Positions 12,745 through 26,775 of a DNA stretch of 64,000 nucleotides are shown here, in pieces; the first letter of the stretch is position 1; each line of letters opens with the position of its first letter. The DNA lies in NCBI RefSeq assembly GCF_009914755.1, contig NC_060928.1; one strand, written 5' to 3'. Below the pieces are notes generated by a model. That model had not been told where the DNA came from. It ran no database searches and saw only the letters and a list, made by a program, of their open reading frames with translations. Source of the DNA: the human T2T-CHM13v2.0 reference genome, Homo sapiens. Made by a program: the position numbers and the translations under genes.

Positions 12745-14790
12745 CTATCTCATCACTTGACTGCTTAACCAGCAGTGGCTGCTATCCTGCTGCAAATCAC
12801 TATACTTGTCTCAGTAAAGAATCAGAGATTTTCCAGAGGTTATTTGTTGGTTTGTTTGTTTGTTTTTATTTCATAAATGAGAAACTGAGAATCTTAGAGC
12901 TGGCAAGAGGCTTCCTGAGTAGCATGCCACATAGGGACCACAGAACTGTGATTATGCCTCACTCCAATGCAATTTGTTTTATTCTAGCAGCTTAATAGAC
13001 TACACTTTCTCCCTTTCAACATGATCAATGAGGAACAATCTTTGGGAAATCAGAGATTGACAGAGGGGAAGTGTAAAGTACTCCTGCACATGCCAGTTAT
13101 TTTTTCTATGAAAGAACAATAATGCAGGGGCCAAATAGGAGTCATATATAGCTTAGGTCTTGTTACTTCACGTTCCCTGATGGTGCTAATCTTGTATTGT
13201 TAGACCATTACAAAGGTAGTTGATAAATCAATTACCACATTGAAGGAATTTAACAGGAGGAATTTCAATGCATAATGTTAATAATCATTCACCTCATTGC
13301 ACAGTAAATTAAACTTCCTATTTCTAACACTTTTCTTCCAAAAAAAGTTGTTATGGTTATAGACAGTTATCTATAACCATAAAGAAATTAGTCTGCATCT
13401 CTAAAGATGTAGATTTTTAATTATTTTTGGTTCTCTATATATGCCATAAATTTTTATGAAAATATTTTCAATATTCAAGGTGCATTACATTATCAATTAT
13501 AGTATATTCTGAAAGATTTAATTATACATCAGATTCTATGTTTAAACATTCTATTCTAAATAGCATTAACATTAATCAAGTCAGTTATCCTTCAAATTCT
13601 TTAATGTGGAGTTTACCAAGATGAGTAAGACATATTCTCCATCCTCTAAAGTTTAATCACAAAAATATACAAAGAGTACAGAGTTAACTAAGGAGAGCAT
13701 GATTAATTCTTCCAGAAAAAGAGAGACAGTCTCCAAAGAGGAAAATAAGGCATCTAGACAATTGCTGAAACATCTTGCATTGACTTTCTAGTCATATCTG
13801 CAATGCTATTTTAGTACCCGTGATGAAGAGAGAATATTAATACATGCTGCTGAACAGATTTTATGCTTTTTCTGTTGCTGTTGTCAGGATTATAAAGTAT
13901 TGTTACAGTAACTTATATAATTGTAACTGTTTCCTTTGCACAAAAAGGACACTGTCATTTGGGCCTGGATCAGTTATAACCACTAAATGACATAAATGGC
14001 TGAGATCTGGGATATGATACTTTTTCTCTAAGCAAGGCAAATGGACTGACACAAGAAAAAGTTAATGCCAATAACTTTCTTTCATCCTTCAAACTTAGGT
14101 TAATTTTGGAAAATGTTCAACCCAGGGATTCTAGAACTCATTAAGAGGCAAGGGCTGCATGTGAGTTGAAAATCGCTGTCTTAAGAATGGGACAAACATC
14201 AGCAAGAAAATAACATCAATAAGAAATGAAAATTAATCAATTTTTAAATATGTTAGAAATCACTATGTGTAATTACCTTCAAGTAGAGATTAATAATGTC
14301 TTATCCTAGTGGAAGTAGAGGAAATCTATGAATAATTCTATCTTTTCCTGTGGATTCCAGAATCTTTCTGAAAAAAACATGAGTATCCACTATGTGCTTG
14401 CTTTTCTGCACAAATCAATTAAAATGTTTTTGTGGAAATTATGGGCATAACTGATAAATTAATAATAATTTATTTATTCATTTGCTCTTCAAATATTGTT
14501 GTATATCTATTATATCCCAGGTATCATTCTAGATCTTGGGAAAATAACAGTGAACAAAATACACACAAATCCTTTTCCTCATGAAATTTACATTCTAGTG
14601 GGGAAGACAGACAATGAATAAACATTCAGTAAAGTATGTAGAATATTCAACAGTAGGAAGTGCTGAAAAATAAAATCAAATAGGGTAGCAATAGGAATAA
14701 TTGGCAGAGGGATATAATTTTAGACAAAGAATACAGGGCGATTTTCAGTGATGAGCTGTCATTTTACTAATATCTGAAAGAAATAAAGGA

Positions 14791-15089
14791 GGCACAGGGC
14801 GCAGTTGCTCATACCTGTAATCCCAGCACTTTCAGAAGCTGAGGTGGGAGGATCACTTGAGGCCAGGAGTTCAAGACCAGCCTGGGCAACATGGCTAGAT
14901 CCTATCTCGACAATATATTTTTTAAATTATCTGGGCGTGGTGTCACATGCCTGTCCTCCCAGCTGCTTGGGAGGCAGAGTGGGAGAATTGCTTGTGCTTA
15001 GGAGGTTGAGGCTGCAGTGAGCCATTATCAAACCACTGCACTCTAGCCTGGGCAACAGAGCAAGACCTTTTATCAAAAAATAGAAAAGA
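14791..15089 (+). mobile_element. AluJ element
   Basis: GGAGGATCACTTGAGGCCAGGAGTTC and GAGGTTGAGGCTGCAGTGAGCCATTAT (J-type). Confidence 0.93.
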
Positions 15090-15665
<576 letters not shown>

Positions 15666-16814
15666 TCACAATGGCACAGGTGACAGATAACAAGTACCTC
15701 AGTGTGGCTATAGCCGATTGAACACCAGGGAGATGGTACAAGAAGATTTAAAAAAAAAAAAAAAAAGAAAGAAAGGAAACCAAAAATTCATTAAATGTCA
15801 TAGGTTAGTGCACAAAGTTTAGCTTTTTCTCTGAGTAAGATGGAAGCCCCTAGAGCATTTGGAATAGTGGCATGATCTGATTTTCTCTTAATAGATACAT
15901 GCTGGCTGCTATTTGAAGGCTCAAACTGCAAAGCAGGAAGACCAGTCCACACACTATGTCAACAATCTAGGCATCTGAAGTGTAGGCATTACTGAATCAC
16001 CTCTACCCACAGAACTCATCTTATAGCGTGGAAAATCACACTAAAAACTCTCTAACCTAACCTCTTCTCAGTAACCGACTGAATTAAGATACTCCCCATT
16101 CCCTTGGAAAACCCTACATTTTGAGAGAATGTGGCTATTTAGATGTACACATTTTTAAAAAATATTCTTCTTCTCTAAATTGTCCAAATAAAAAGCATAT
16201 TCACTTGTTCCTCACAAACTTCTGTAAATGTTTTAGTTCAGATTTGTGATTATTCGTGTTATACATTTTTAAAGTATGTGGAAGTTGAGAATTTTTAGAA
16301 TATTGAAGGTGGTATTTTGATGGCTAATATACAATGGTTTTGTATTTTTATGCATTTTATTTATCACAATTCTTAAGAAACATGGTTTTCCACACATAAT
16401 CTTCCTAATTGTGGAATAATTATAAAAATTATGCAGTAAGTGCTTGAAACACAATATAAATATTGTACTTCTGACATCATCATCATCTCCCATTTTCCTA
16501 GTGAATAGGTAAATGTCTGGCAGAGTCAAATTCACTCTTTAACCTGGATGGCTTTCCTAACTCTTCCATGTTCAAGGCACTGATAATCTGGCTGCACCAT
16601 TATCTTTGTGAAACTCATTGTCTTCCTCAGTGACTATTTTGTATCTAACTGTTATATGAAATAAGGAATATAAAGAATTGGCACAGTGCATTGTAAATAA
16701 GCAGTCAGTAAATAAAACCTGCAAATGTAAGTCAACATAAGTTTTTCTTAATAACTTTGAGAGACATTAAGAGAAGTTCTGACAATATGTTAAAACTCAG
16801 AACATTGTGATATA

Positions 16815-17035
16815 TAAATTAAGAGCACAGGCTTGGAGTCCAACCTGGGCTTGGACTCTTGAACCAGAAATTCCAAGCTGAGCATTTTAAAGCAAATGTT
16901 TAACCTCTTTAAACCTCAGAAAATATTTTTATGTGTTTCCTCTATGGACTAAGTGATATAAAGAAAAGAAATAAATAAATAAAACAGGGCCTGGGCAGAA
17001 TAAGCACTAAACAAATGATAGTTATTGTTATTATT
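16815..17035 (+). mobile_element. MIR
   Basis: TAAGAGCACAGGCTTGGAGTC...TTTAACCTCTTTAAACCTCAG...TAAGCACTAAACAAATGATAGTTATT. Confidence 0.7.
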
Positions 17036-17945
17036 GGTGCTACCATTTATTTGGCATGGTTTTAAGGTGCTGATAACGGAAGAGAAATATTACCAAGAAA
17101 GGAAGGCAGTGTTTCATATGAAAAGTTAAATTGACACATACTTTTGTGCCTGAATAAGCAATATTCCCAAAGAACAGAAGACAAATAAGATCTATATTAG
17201 AAATATCATGATTTTAGATGTATATACACTTGAATCCTCCAAAGCCTCTTAATATCAAACAATATCTAAAACATAAATTTTACTCGTCCCTCTCAATCTA
17301 TCTTTCAGCATCTCTTTGGCTTCTGCACATTTATAATCTTTAGGTAGTAATCCCCTCAGCCCTTGTGCACACCCCAAGAAGTAAGCCAACTCCTTTGAAA
17401 ATATTTGTTAGGGGAAAATAAACTCCCTTTCATTAGCTCTGTTAAAAATGAAATCACATATGCATATGTTTGTTAATAAACCTTTTTATGTAACTAAGTT
17501 TGTCCACATACTGTAAAAGTCATGTTCTTCATCCGTAAATATGACCATTTTAGCATTCAAAATCTTAGGTAAATAAAGTCCTATATGATATTTAAACAAC
17601 CAATCATGGGCTTTTAATATCTGTTTTCAGCCTGTCTCTTACATAATTCTACTTATCCAGTTATGAGAGAGTCATGATTTCCACATATAATCCTCTTAAA
17701 CCCATCTGAGGCATTGCAAATTTAATTTCTCCTTCTTCAGAAACAAACTACACTTTTGTACTTTCCCCCCTTCAAAATTCTCCATAACATGTTTCTTTCA
17801 TGATGGCCTGCAATATGACATGCTTACACTCCAGTAACCATTACAGTTCCCACTCCTTTTCTCTCTATACCTTACATCATCTTCCATTCCATCAACTCAT
17901 ACCTAAAATAAAACAGCTGAACTATCTCATACTTTTTTAAAATAA

Positions 17946-18276
17946 TGATATGGTTTGGCTGCATCCCCACCCAAATCTCATCTTGAATTGTAACTCCCAC
18001 AATTCCCATGTGTCATGGGAGGAACCTGGTGGGAGGTAATTGAATCATGAAACGAGTCTTTTCTGTGCTGTTCTCATTATAGTGAATAAATCTCATGAGA
18101 TCTAATGGTTTTAAAAACAGGAGTTTCCTTGCAGAAGCTCTCTTTTCTTGTCTGCTGCCATGTGACACATGCCTTTCAACATCCCCCATGATTGTAAGGT
18201 CTCCCCAGCCTTTCTTTTGTAAATTGTCCAGCCATGAGTATGCCAAGCATTAGCAGAATGAAAATGGACTAATACA
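17946..18276 (+). mobile_element. THE1 (THE1B/C-like) MaLR solo LTR with an internal deletion
   Basis: TGATATGGTTTGGCT start, CCCAAATCTCATCTTGAATTGTAA, and GGACTAATACA end. Confidence 0.95.
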
Positions 18277-19254
18277 AAAAATAACCATTATTCAATAAAA
18301 AAATACCTGCTACCACCAATCTTTGTCATGCTCAGCTGAGTTACGTGCTTATGAGAATGAGCCAAATGTCATTCAACAACTGCAGTTTAAAGCATCTGCC
18401 TTTGTAACTTGTAAGTAAAAGGTCATACTTAAAATTACTGTTTGTATTCTCTTCCTGAGCATCTAATACATATAGTATGTTTCTATTAGCAATTATATGG
18501 GAGTGTGTTTTCTCCTTATTTTTAAGCTCTTTGGAGGCCATTTGAAGTAAACTTTATCTATACTACATTGTGTTTGTCCATCCAAAACAAATATTTGAAA
18601 TGTGATGGCAATCTCAGCTTTAACTGCTTTAGAGGATGAATGCTTAAGTCCCATCTTAGCTACTAGTATTATTCTATTTATTCTAGCCTGGATAATTGTC
18701 ATCGCCACACGTCGTCCTGGTATCTTTATATTTGAGAGGTTACCTTAACTTCCCCAGAGTATCTTTCATATATATCATATAATCTATATTTTATTCAGTC
18801 TATCCCATACATACCTCCAGACTGAGCAAATACTCATGCAGCTGTTTTAACACAGTGTAAAAATTAGGAAACGGTGCTCCATTTCAGATGCATGTAAATT
18901 ATTGAGTACTGAATAAATTAAATATAATTGAATAAAAATATAGTTGCTTTGACTTTCACTATTTCTTTTTATTGACAAAATAAAATGTAACTACAGGAAC
19001 AAATATATTATCTTTTTTACAGCTTTATCATTTTTCTATATGCTTTTCTAGTAATTCACCTAGATTTTTCATTCAATTTCTCTTTTTTGTTTAATCTTTA
19101 TTGTCGTTTAACCTCGTTTTTAGTTTTACTCGATAATCACTTTTTTGGACTTTTATGCAGACTTAAAAAAATTACATATTTTGTTTTTTATATTTATCCT
19201 TTATATTCCTTATAAATTATACTTTCAAATTCATTTAAAATTTTATAGGAATAA

Positions 19255-19553
19255 AGCTGGGCATGGTGGCTCACATCTATAATCTCAGCACATTGGGAGG
19301 CCGAGGCGGGCAGATCACTTGAGGCCAGGAGTTCAAGACTTGCCTGGCCAACATGGCAAAACCCTGTCTCTAATAAAAATACAAAAATTAGCCAGGTATA
19401 GCGTTGAGTGTCTATAATCCCAGCTACTTGGAAGGCTGAGGCACAAGAAACACTCAAACTCTAGAGACAGAGGTTGCAGTGAGCTGATGTCTCATCACTG
19501 CAAGCCAGCCTGGGGGACAGAGCAAGCCTCTGTCACAAAAAGAAATAAAAAAA
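19255..19553 (+). mobile_element. Alu (old S/Jb-like)
   Basis: Dimeric Alu with decayed TSD AAAATTTTATAGGAATAAA/AAAATTTTATAGCGATAAA. Confidence 0.93.
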
Positions 19554-20563
19554 ATTTTATAGCGATAAAAATAATGCTATAAACATTATGAAATATATCA
19601 GATACATAGACGCATGTAGTTGATTAACCAAAAAATTATAACCATCTAAAAATATATTGTAACCATTAGTTCAATCTGGAAAATGAAACATTTTGGAAAA
19701 CAGAAGTAGACATCTTCATGATACGAACGCAAGAAATGTTATTTTCTACTTATTTGGACTCTACCTTTATTGTATGCTGATTTTTTTAAAAGCAGAGACG
19801 TAAACTTTTTCAGATTTAAAATAAGAAGCTAAAACTAAAGTGCAGAACTAATTTGAAGAAACTTCTATATTTATATGCTGCAGAGAAACCCTTACATTCA
19901 ATTTAAAAATATATGGTGGTGATATTGTGAAATGAATTGTTAAAAGGTAATGCTATTTGTTCATTTACAGAGTCCTAAAAATAATTCATCTAACTCATAT
20001 ATTTTATGACTTCCATCACTGCTAGTTCCTTTGACCAAGTCAGAAAGCAAAGTAAGACAATATTCTGCTCTTCAAATTAATTAATTTGCATGTATGCTTC
20101 TTCTTAAATCATGAAATATATTAAAAAATTTGTAAATGCTAATATCTCAGTAGAAGCATAGACTTTGATAACCTGATTAAAATAAAGAATTATCAACTGT
20201 TTTAAAGTTTTCTATAGATATTTCTCTAATATCAGAATATTTTCCATGTTAAATTCTACTCATGGGCCTTTCTAAAATAATTCTTTAAATACAAAATATC
20301 AAGCTGATTTATTTTTAAAGTGAGGAGATAAGCATATTAAATTTGTTAGGTCACTTTTTTTTTTCCACAGGGATATGACTTTACCTGGTTAGATATTCTA
20401 ATTAAAAAAAAAAGCATATAACTGCAGAGATATAAATTTAAAATTACAAATAGTCATAGAGGACCAATATTTTATTTAGATGGTACTCCTATTTCAGTCT
20501 TGCTATTTGCAATAAACAAAATCCAATGGATATAAGTCCAGAGAAAAATGGGAAATTATAACG

Positions 20564-21025
20564 TATAGCAGACGATTGAGATGCCTCCTACATCATCCTC
20601 TTGGTCCACTAGATTTTGGCACAGCTGTCATGGTCTGTTGCATGCACACTGTCAGCTTCCCACCTCTGGGTCACATGGAGTCTCTACTACCTTGAAACTT
20701 CCTCCACAGTCAGGAAAAACCACCTAGCCAACATAGGCATAACCCATACGTACAGAGAATTGGTAGCCCTGGGGATAACACTCAAGCCATGAGAAACTGG
20801 GCTTGGTGGATGATTACCATAGCTTCCTAGTCTTTGGTGAAAAATCTCTGAAGTATGTATTATATGGATCCTTATCAGGTCCCCAGAGGCAGTAAATGCT
20901 ATTTTTCCAGAGTGATACGCAGCTTATAATGCTTTTTCCCCCCTATCCTTTATCACCCTTACTGTTTCTTCACTTCCGCTTTGTAGAATCACCTCTCAAA
21001 TACACTATCCGTGTGTAAGGCCATG
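20564..21025 (+). mobile_element. LTR16-like ERVL LTR
   Basis: CAGCTTCCCACCTC, CCTGGGGATAACACTCAAGCCATGAG and AGAATCACCTCTCAAATACACT resemble the LTR16 family. Confidence 0.6.
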
Positions 21026-21819
21026 CAAATTTCAGGAATCAGTGAAATCTCAGAATACAGGATACAGAACTCTCACTCAAAAAATTCAGCAGGTTCTCAT
21101 GGGATTGGAAGGATATCACAAATGTCTTAAATGCTCAACGTGTTCTCTTGTATCTCCTTTTCTTGAGATCCTCTTCCCTCTGGAGTTTAATTCCCTCTCA
21201 ATTTTTCTCTTTCTCTCTCTCTGAATAGTCTAATTCTCTTTGTTTATTTGCCTAACTTCTGTAAATCCATATAATCTAGGTCTCACCTTCTAGCCCATAT
21301 ACTTATACATGTTTTCCTAAACAAAGACAATTTTCCCCCTGAGAGGAATTTTGCTTCCAGTTGTGTTGATTTTTGTTTTAACGTTTTCATATATACATAG
21401 AATTCTTAAGGCAAAACTTGTTTTCATCTTTCAGATACTTCTTTATTCCCTTGCTTTTCCTCCGAGAATTCTAGGAGGTAAATACCATATATTTCACTCC
21501 TTAACTGTGATTTGATTGTAATTTCAGCGAGAAGAGTTATTATTTACCGTGCATTAAAGAAAATGAACTAGAATGTAGCCATGCAGAATTGGAACTGAGA
21601 GTTTTTAACTGGAATGACATATTTAATTAACCGAAAGTTTTGCCTAAAGTATTGTGTTGAGTAGTTGTTAAGACAAGTTTGGGTTAACGGAAAATGTGCT
21701 AAGATTAATTAAGGTATCTACCAGAGTTACAGAAATGAAAATGCCCATAAGCTAGGTATAAGCTAGGCATTTTGCTCTTCTTGATTAGATTGAAGTAGTG
21801 TGGGATTTGAAATTTAAAA

Positions 21820-21972
21820 ATATGTTTGAATTTTATCTCTGCTACTTATTATGTGATTAAGGTAAATTGTTGCGCTTCATTATACCTTGGTATCTTCATT
21901 CATAAAATCAAAACAGTATAATTTACTTCAGAAGAAATATTAAATCACATAATATATGTGAAAGCACCTGGT
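21820..21972 (+). mobile_element. MIR fragment
   Basis: TCTGCTACTTATTATGTGA...ATAATATATGTGAAAGCACCTGG. Confidence 0.55.
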
Positions 21973-22435
21973 GAAGTCATTACTATATAAGCTAACCCAC
22001 TTAAAGTTAATTGAACCCAACACATTTACTTCTTCATTATAGGCAGATAACCTGGGCAAATACTGTGATAACGGTAATAATAAACACAGTAGAGTTACAA
22101 ATTTAACAACTCAAGGCTCCACAGTCAAGCATACATTTGTCACCTGCTGTGGACAAAGAATTGCACTAAGTAATATAAAAGAAAAAAATAGAAAAACAAA
22201 GGGCTGCATTATTTTATATACAATTTAATTCCAAAGGAAAACATTTCCTACATTCAAATATTTGCCTTCTGGTTCAAATATCTTTCTTTAGACAACTGAC
22301 ATCTTGAGAAAGCTCTTGAATTATTTCTTATTGTACAACTCAGCTCTTCTCATGTTTCCAGTGCAGGCCCAGTGATACAGAAATTACTTCTGCTTTGAAT
22401 GTCAATGTCAGAAACACTTTTCAAGAAACAGGAGA

Positions 22436-22444
22436 CATATATAC

Positions 22445-22499
<55 letters not shown>
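22436..22499. repeat. (TA)n(CA)n compound microsatellite
   Basis: Read directly from the sequence. Confidence 0.97.
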
Positions 22500-23429
22500 G
22501 TTATTTTAAGGCAAGATATTGCTTGTCATGTTGCAACACAGTAAACTGAGTTTTTTTCTATAATGTTATACAAGCTTAATTTTCTATATTCATACTCTAG
22601 GAAAATACTGCCAGTAGTTCTTTTTCTTTGCCTAAATGCTGCATATTATTATGGATAGCAGTATTTATGTATGAATCAATAAGATAGTGACACATTTTTA
22701 CCTTGGGTAATCTTACATAATTTGATTTTTGAAATGTTAGCTAGAGGCCATGAATTTTAAGAAAAAATTATTTTAAATTGTATACCTATCAATCATAGCC
22801 CCATCCTCTAACAGTCCAACAAAAAAGGCTTCCAGGCATTTAAAGACAAGAACGCTGACATGTACCTTAAAAATTCAGCTGTCAACCATATACCACGTTC
22901 ACAGAATTATTGAGTGTGTCATCTCCATCTCACCTATGGCCCTGGGACCCACTATCCAATGTCTATTCTCATGATCCCTGAATGAGTCTTCATACTTTTA
23001 GTTTAGTACACAAAACTCTCTAATTATCAAGGCTTCTGTGGGTCCCAAACCATAATTACAGGCCTAGACTTTCCTGTTCGATTGTCCAAATTACTTCATC
23101 TCTGCCTAAGCAGCTGCCCTTTCTGGAATAGAGGGGCCAATGAGCTTTCTACTCCCAGCTCCTTGCTGCCACCTTCTCTTCTTAGGAGTCATTTGTGATT
23201 CCCCACCCCATCACACATGGGCTACAATGATAGCCCTTAAAACTTGTTGCTTGTACAACTTGGATTTAAAAAAAAGAGATTTGTTTGATTTTGAACTTAA
23301 AGTTTGACTATTAACAGTGTCACATGCCGCTGATTTTCTTGGGATCCTATCACATGCAGAGACTATTTTAAGCTTCATTATGCTGGCACAATGGGGTCAC
23401 CACAGAGCTCTTTTCTTGCGTCTTCCTTA

Positions 23430-24221
23430 TATGTCCAGAGTTTTTTCCTTCCAGTGGGTTTTTGGTCTCACTGACTTAAGAATGAAGCCACAGACCTTCC
23501 CGGTGAGTGTTACAGCTCTTAAAGATGGTGTGTCCGGAGTTTGTTCTTTCAGATGTGTAGGAAGTTTCTTCCTTCAGGTGGGTTCATGCTCTCACTGACT
23601 TCAAGAATGAAGCCACAGACCTTCGCGGCGAGTGTTAACAGCTCTTAAAGGTGGCATGGACCCAAAGAGTGAGCAGCAGCAAGATTTATTGTGAACAGCA
23701 AAAGAACAAAGCTTCCACAGCGTGGAATGCACCCTGGGCAGGTTGCCACTGCTGGCTGGGGTGGCCAGTTTTTATTCCTTTGTTTGTCCCTGCCCACATC
23801 CTGCTGATTGGTCCCTTTTACAGAGTGTTGATTGGTCCCTTTTACAGAGTGCTGATTGGTCCATTTTATAGAGTGCTGATTGGTACGTTTACAGTCCTTT
23901 AGCTAGACACACAGTGCTGATTGGTGCGTTTTTACAGAGAGCTGACTGGTGCATTTGCAATCCTTTAGCTAGACACAGAGTGCTGACTGGTGCATTTTTA
24001 CAGAGTGCTGATTGGTGCATTTACAATCCTTTAGCTAGACACGGAGCGCTGATTGGTGCGTTTACAATCCTCTAGCTAGACAGAAAAGTTCTCCAAGTCA
24101 CCACTCGACCCAGGAAGTCCAGCTGGCTTCACCTCTCAATCTTTACAATCCTTTAGCTAGACACAGAAAAGTTATGCAAGTCCCCACTTGACCCAGGAAG
24201 TCCAGCTGGCTTCACCTCTCA
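23430..24221 (-). mobile_element. LTR12 (ERV9) LTR with an extra 80 bp 5'-end copy
   Basis: The minus strand starts TGAGAGGTGAAGCCAGCTGGACTTCCTGGGTC twice (24221 and 24138). Tandem CCAAT repeats and duplicated U5 repeats are present. 4 bp TSD CTTA at 23426-23429 and 24222-24225. Confidence 0.95.
23769..24056 (-). promoter_or_regulatory. LTR12 U3 promoter: tandem CCAAT (NF-Y) boxes and an AATAAAA TATA-like box
   Basis: Seven GATTGG and two degenerate GACTGG copies in 23804-24056. AATAAAAA on the minus strand at 23776-23769. Confidence 0.75.
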
Positions 24222-25807
24222 CTTATAGGCAACTACTCTGAGGTAAATACTGCTGCCTTTATTTCTAAATTATTGTACCTATTGTCCTAGTTTAAATTTG
24301 AAGTCTGTCCCAAAATCATAGAATCAGCTGAATACCATCTACATATCAGTGGGAGATTATAACAAGGCACTGTGACACGGACCAGCATTTATGAACTAAG
24401 GATAACAAAATTAGTCTAATGTGCCTCAGCTTGGCTCACAGGCTCAAGGCCAGTGACAGATGTGACGTGGGTGGATGGCTAGTGAAGCTAAGTCTAGGAG
24501 ACATCCAAGCTTCCCACTCACTCTAGGGAATGCAGCAGAATGCTACTGACAGAATCATGGCTGTTATTACATCAGAGGTGTGGAAAAACATGGAAAGATA
24601 AGACAGAAAAGCTTCAATAAAGTCAGAAGGATTCTTAAGATTTTCATTCAAGCCTTAAACAGTGAACCTGAGCCAGGGGGAATATTTTCTTTTTTATGAG
24701 CAAAGTATATATCTCTTGCAAAATAATAAAAAACTAAGAATACTGTCATTACAAACGTTGGCTTCTTCACCAGAAATGCAGGTCCAATTTTCCCTCTCTA
24801 TAACCAGTTTGGAGCCTAAATTTTGTCCCTGAGTATTGGAATACAGTAGGAGATCCTTTCATCCTCCAGCAGGAGGTCAAGTCTTGGCCCAATCCCAGTT
24901 ACATGGATCAGGGTAAAAGCCACTCCTGGCTGTTGTACCAGTGATTGCCTTTCAAAGTCAAGAGCAAACAGGTTAAGCAGGGTTTGTAAACTGAAATATC
25001 TGAAGAGACCAAGCTGGTTAGTCAAATCAAAGAAGCAATTTCTACTTTATAGTTTAGCTATAAGGAAAAAGCACAAATGTATGAAAAATAGTAACTTGCA
25101 TTATGCCTCTGTTTTAAAGAAACAATATAGAGTAATGGCAACTGTGACACAATTTAAAAAATCACTAGATTTACCTGAAAGAGCAGCCCCCAATTCTGCC
25201 ATCTAAAAATACCAGCCGTGTGTACTAGAGGTTTTTTCCTGCAAAAGTCAATAATTTGATTCTTTATGTGAATTGTTCTTATTATTAAGAGTTGACAACT
25301 AGTGCAATTTTTTAAATCATTGTGAGAGTCAAAGGGGTTGTTAAATCCCAACAGCAGCCTGACAGCTGGTAATTCTTGGAATGAAGACAGTTGTGTTCTT
25401 AGGTCATCAACTTAAGATTCTATTCATTCAGAGTTTATTGTGTGATTCATCTTGTGTTCCTTTAACTTCTGAGTGCTTCTTTTTGAGTTCTGCTGTCATA
25501 AAACATGACTTAAGTTGCCACCAATTTAGAATGGACCACCAGCCTTAGGAAGAATAGGCAGGAGTGGAGTAAAAGAGGCATCATCTGAATCCATTTCAGC
25601 TCTTCAGAAAACTGTATTAGCATTTGAGCCCAAATCACTTCAGTTATGACACTATAATTAACCCCCAGAATGCTTCTAGGGCATTTCTTTCATCTTTAAT
25701 TAAGGCAGAAGTAGACAGTTTATAATGACTAAATGATTCCTTCCTACCTGTCAGTCCTTTTATTAGCCTTTATTTTGTACCTATGAAACGTAAACATCTA
25801 AATCCTA

Positions 25808-26113
<306 letters not shown>

Positions 26114-26326
26114 CTATAAAATCGATATCAAATTATTATAGAATATTGCCTTTCTCTTATTCTGGGTTAATCATAATTTCTATATAGAATACATGTACAT
26201 CTAGTAATATCTACATAGACCAGATTTATGATAGGAATTATGATTTATGGCACACAATCATGGCAAAATGCCATGCCATTGCTGGTCTCATAAACTCATG
26301 CTCAACCGCAAGCCCTGTAAACTCTC

Positions 26327-26775
26327 TGTTGAGACACACTTCTATATGGATCTCTTGCATTTTCTGCATGTCTTCTTGGTGACTGTCCTTTGTGGTAGAT
26401 AATCTTTTCATGGATATTTGTCTAGTGAACAACCTTGGAAGATAGAGATAGTATCTCCTTTTGGAACAAATGCTAAGCATGCTTACTTCCCATTATAAAA
26501 GATTTGTGTTCCATAAATTTAGTAATGCAATGCACTAGGCATGTAGACATCTACTGGACCCATTCATGTTGGCCTGTAAGACTTGAGGCAAAAAAAAAAA
26601 AAAAATCCTGGCACAAATATGCTGATGCTCATGCTGCTGGCTGTGCCATGAGAAATAAAATCCTTGGGCTTGATCCAGAAGTCTCTGTGTCTTCTGCCAG
26701 CAACCATGAAACTGTTGTGTTCTACCTTCTTAGCTCTCAAGTAGGGTAATAGCTCAGGTACCATAGTTCTTGACA
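26327..26775 (+). mobile_element. LTR40-like ERVL solo LTR
   Basis: TGTTGAGAC...CCTTGGAAGATAGAGATAGT...CCCATTATAAAAGATT...TCTTCTGCCAGCAACCATGAAACTG...AGTTCTTGACA. Confidence 0.85.

Noticed and set aside
19971-21477. Additional AG...GT pairs (19971-20051, 20371 onward, 21435-21477)
   Set aside because: The splice signals are weaker and lack independent support, so they are likely pseudo-exons.
23800-24080. Regularly repeated ACAGAGTGCTGATTGG units resembling a CRISPR array
   Set aside because: They are normal LTR12 U3 tandem repeats. There are no unique spacers or cas genes, and the context is eukaryotic.
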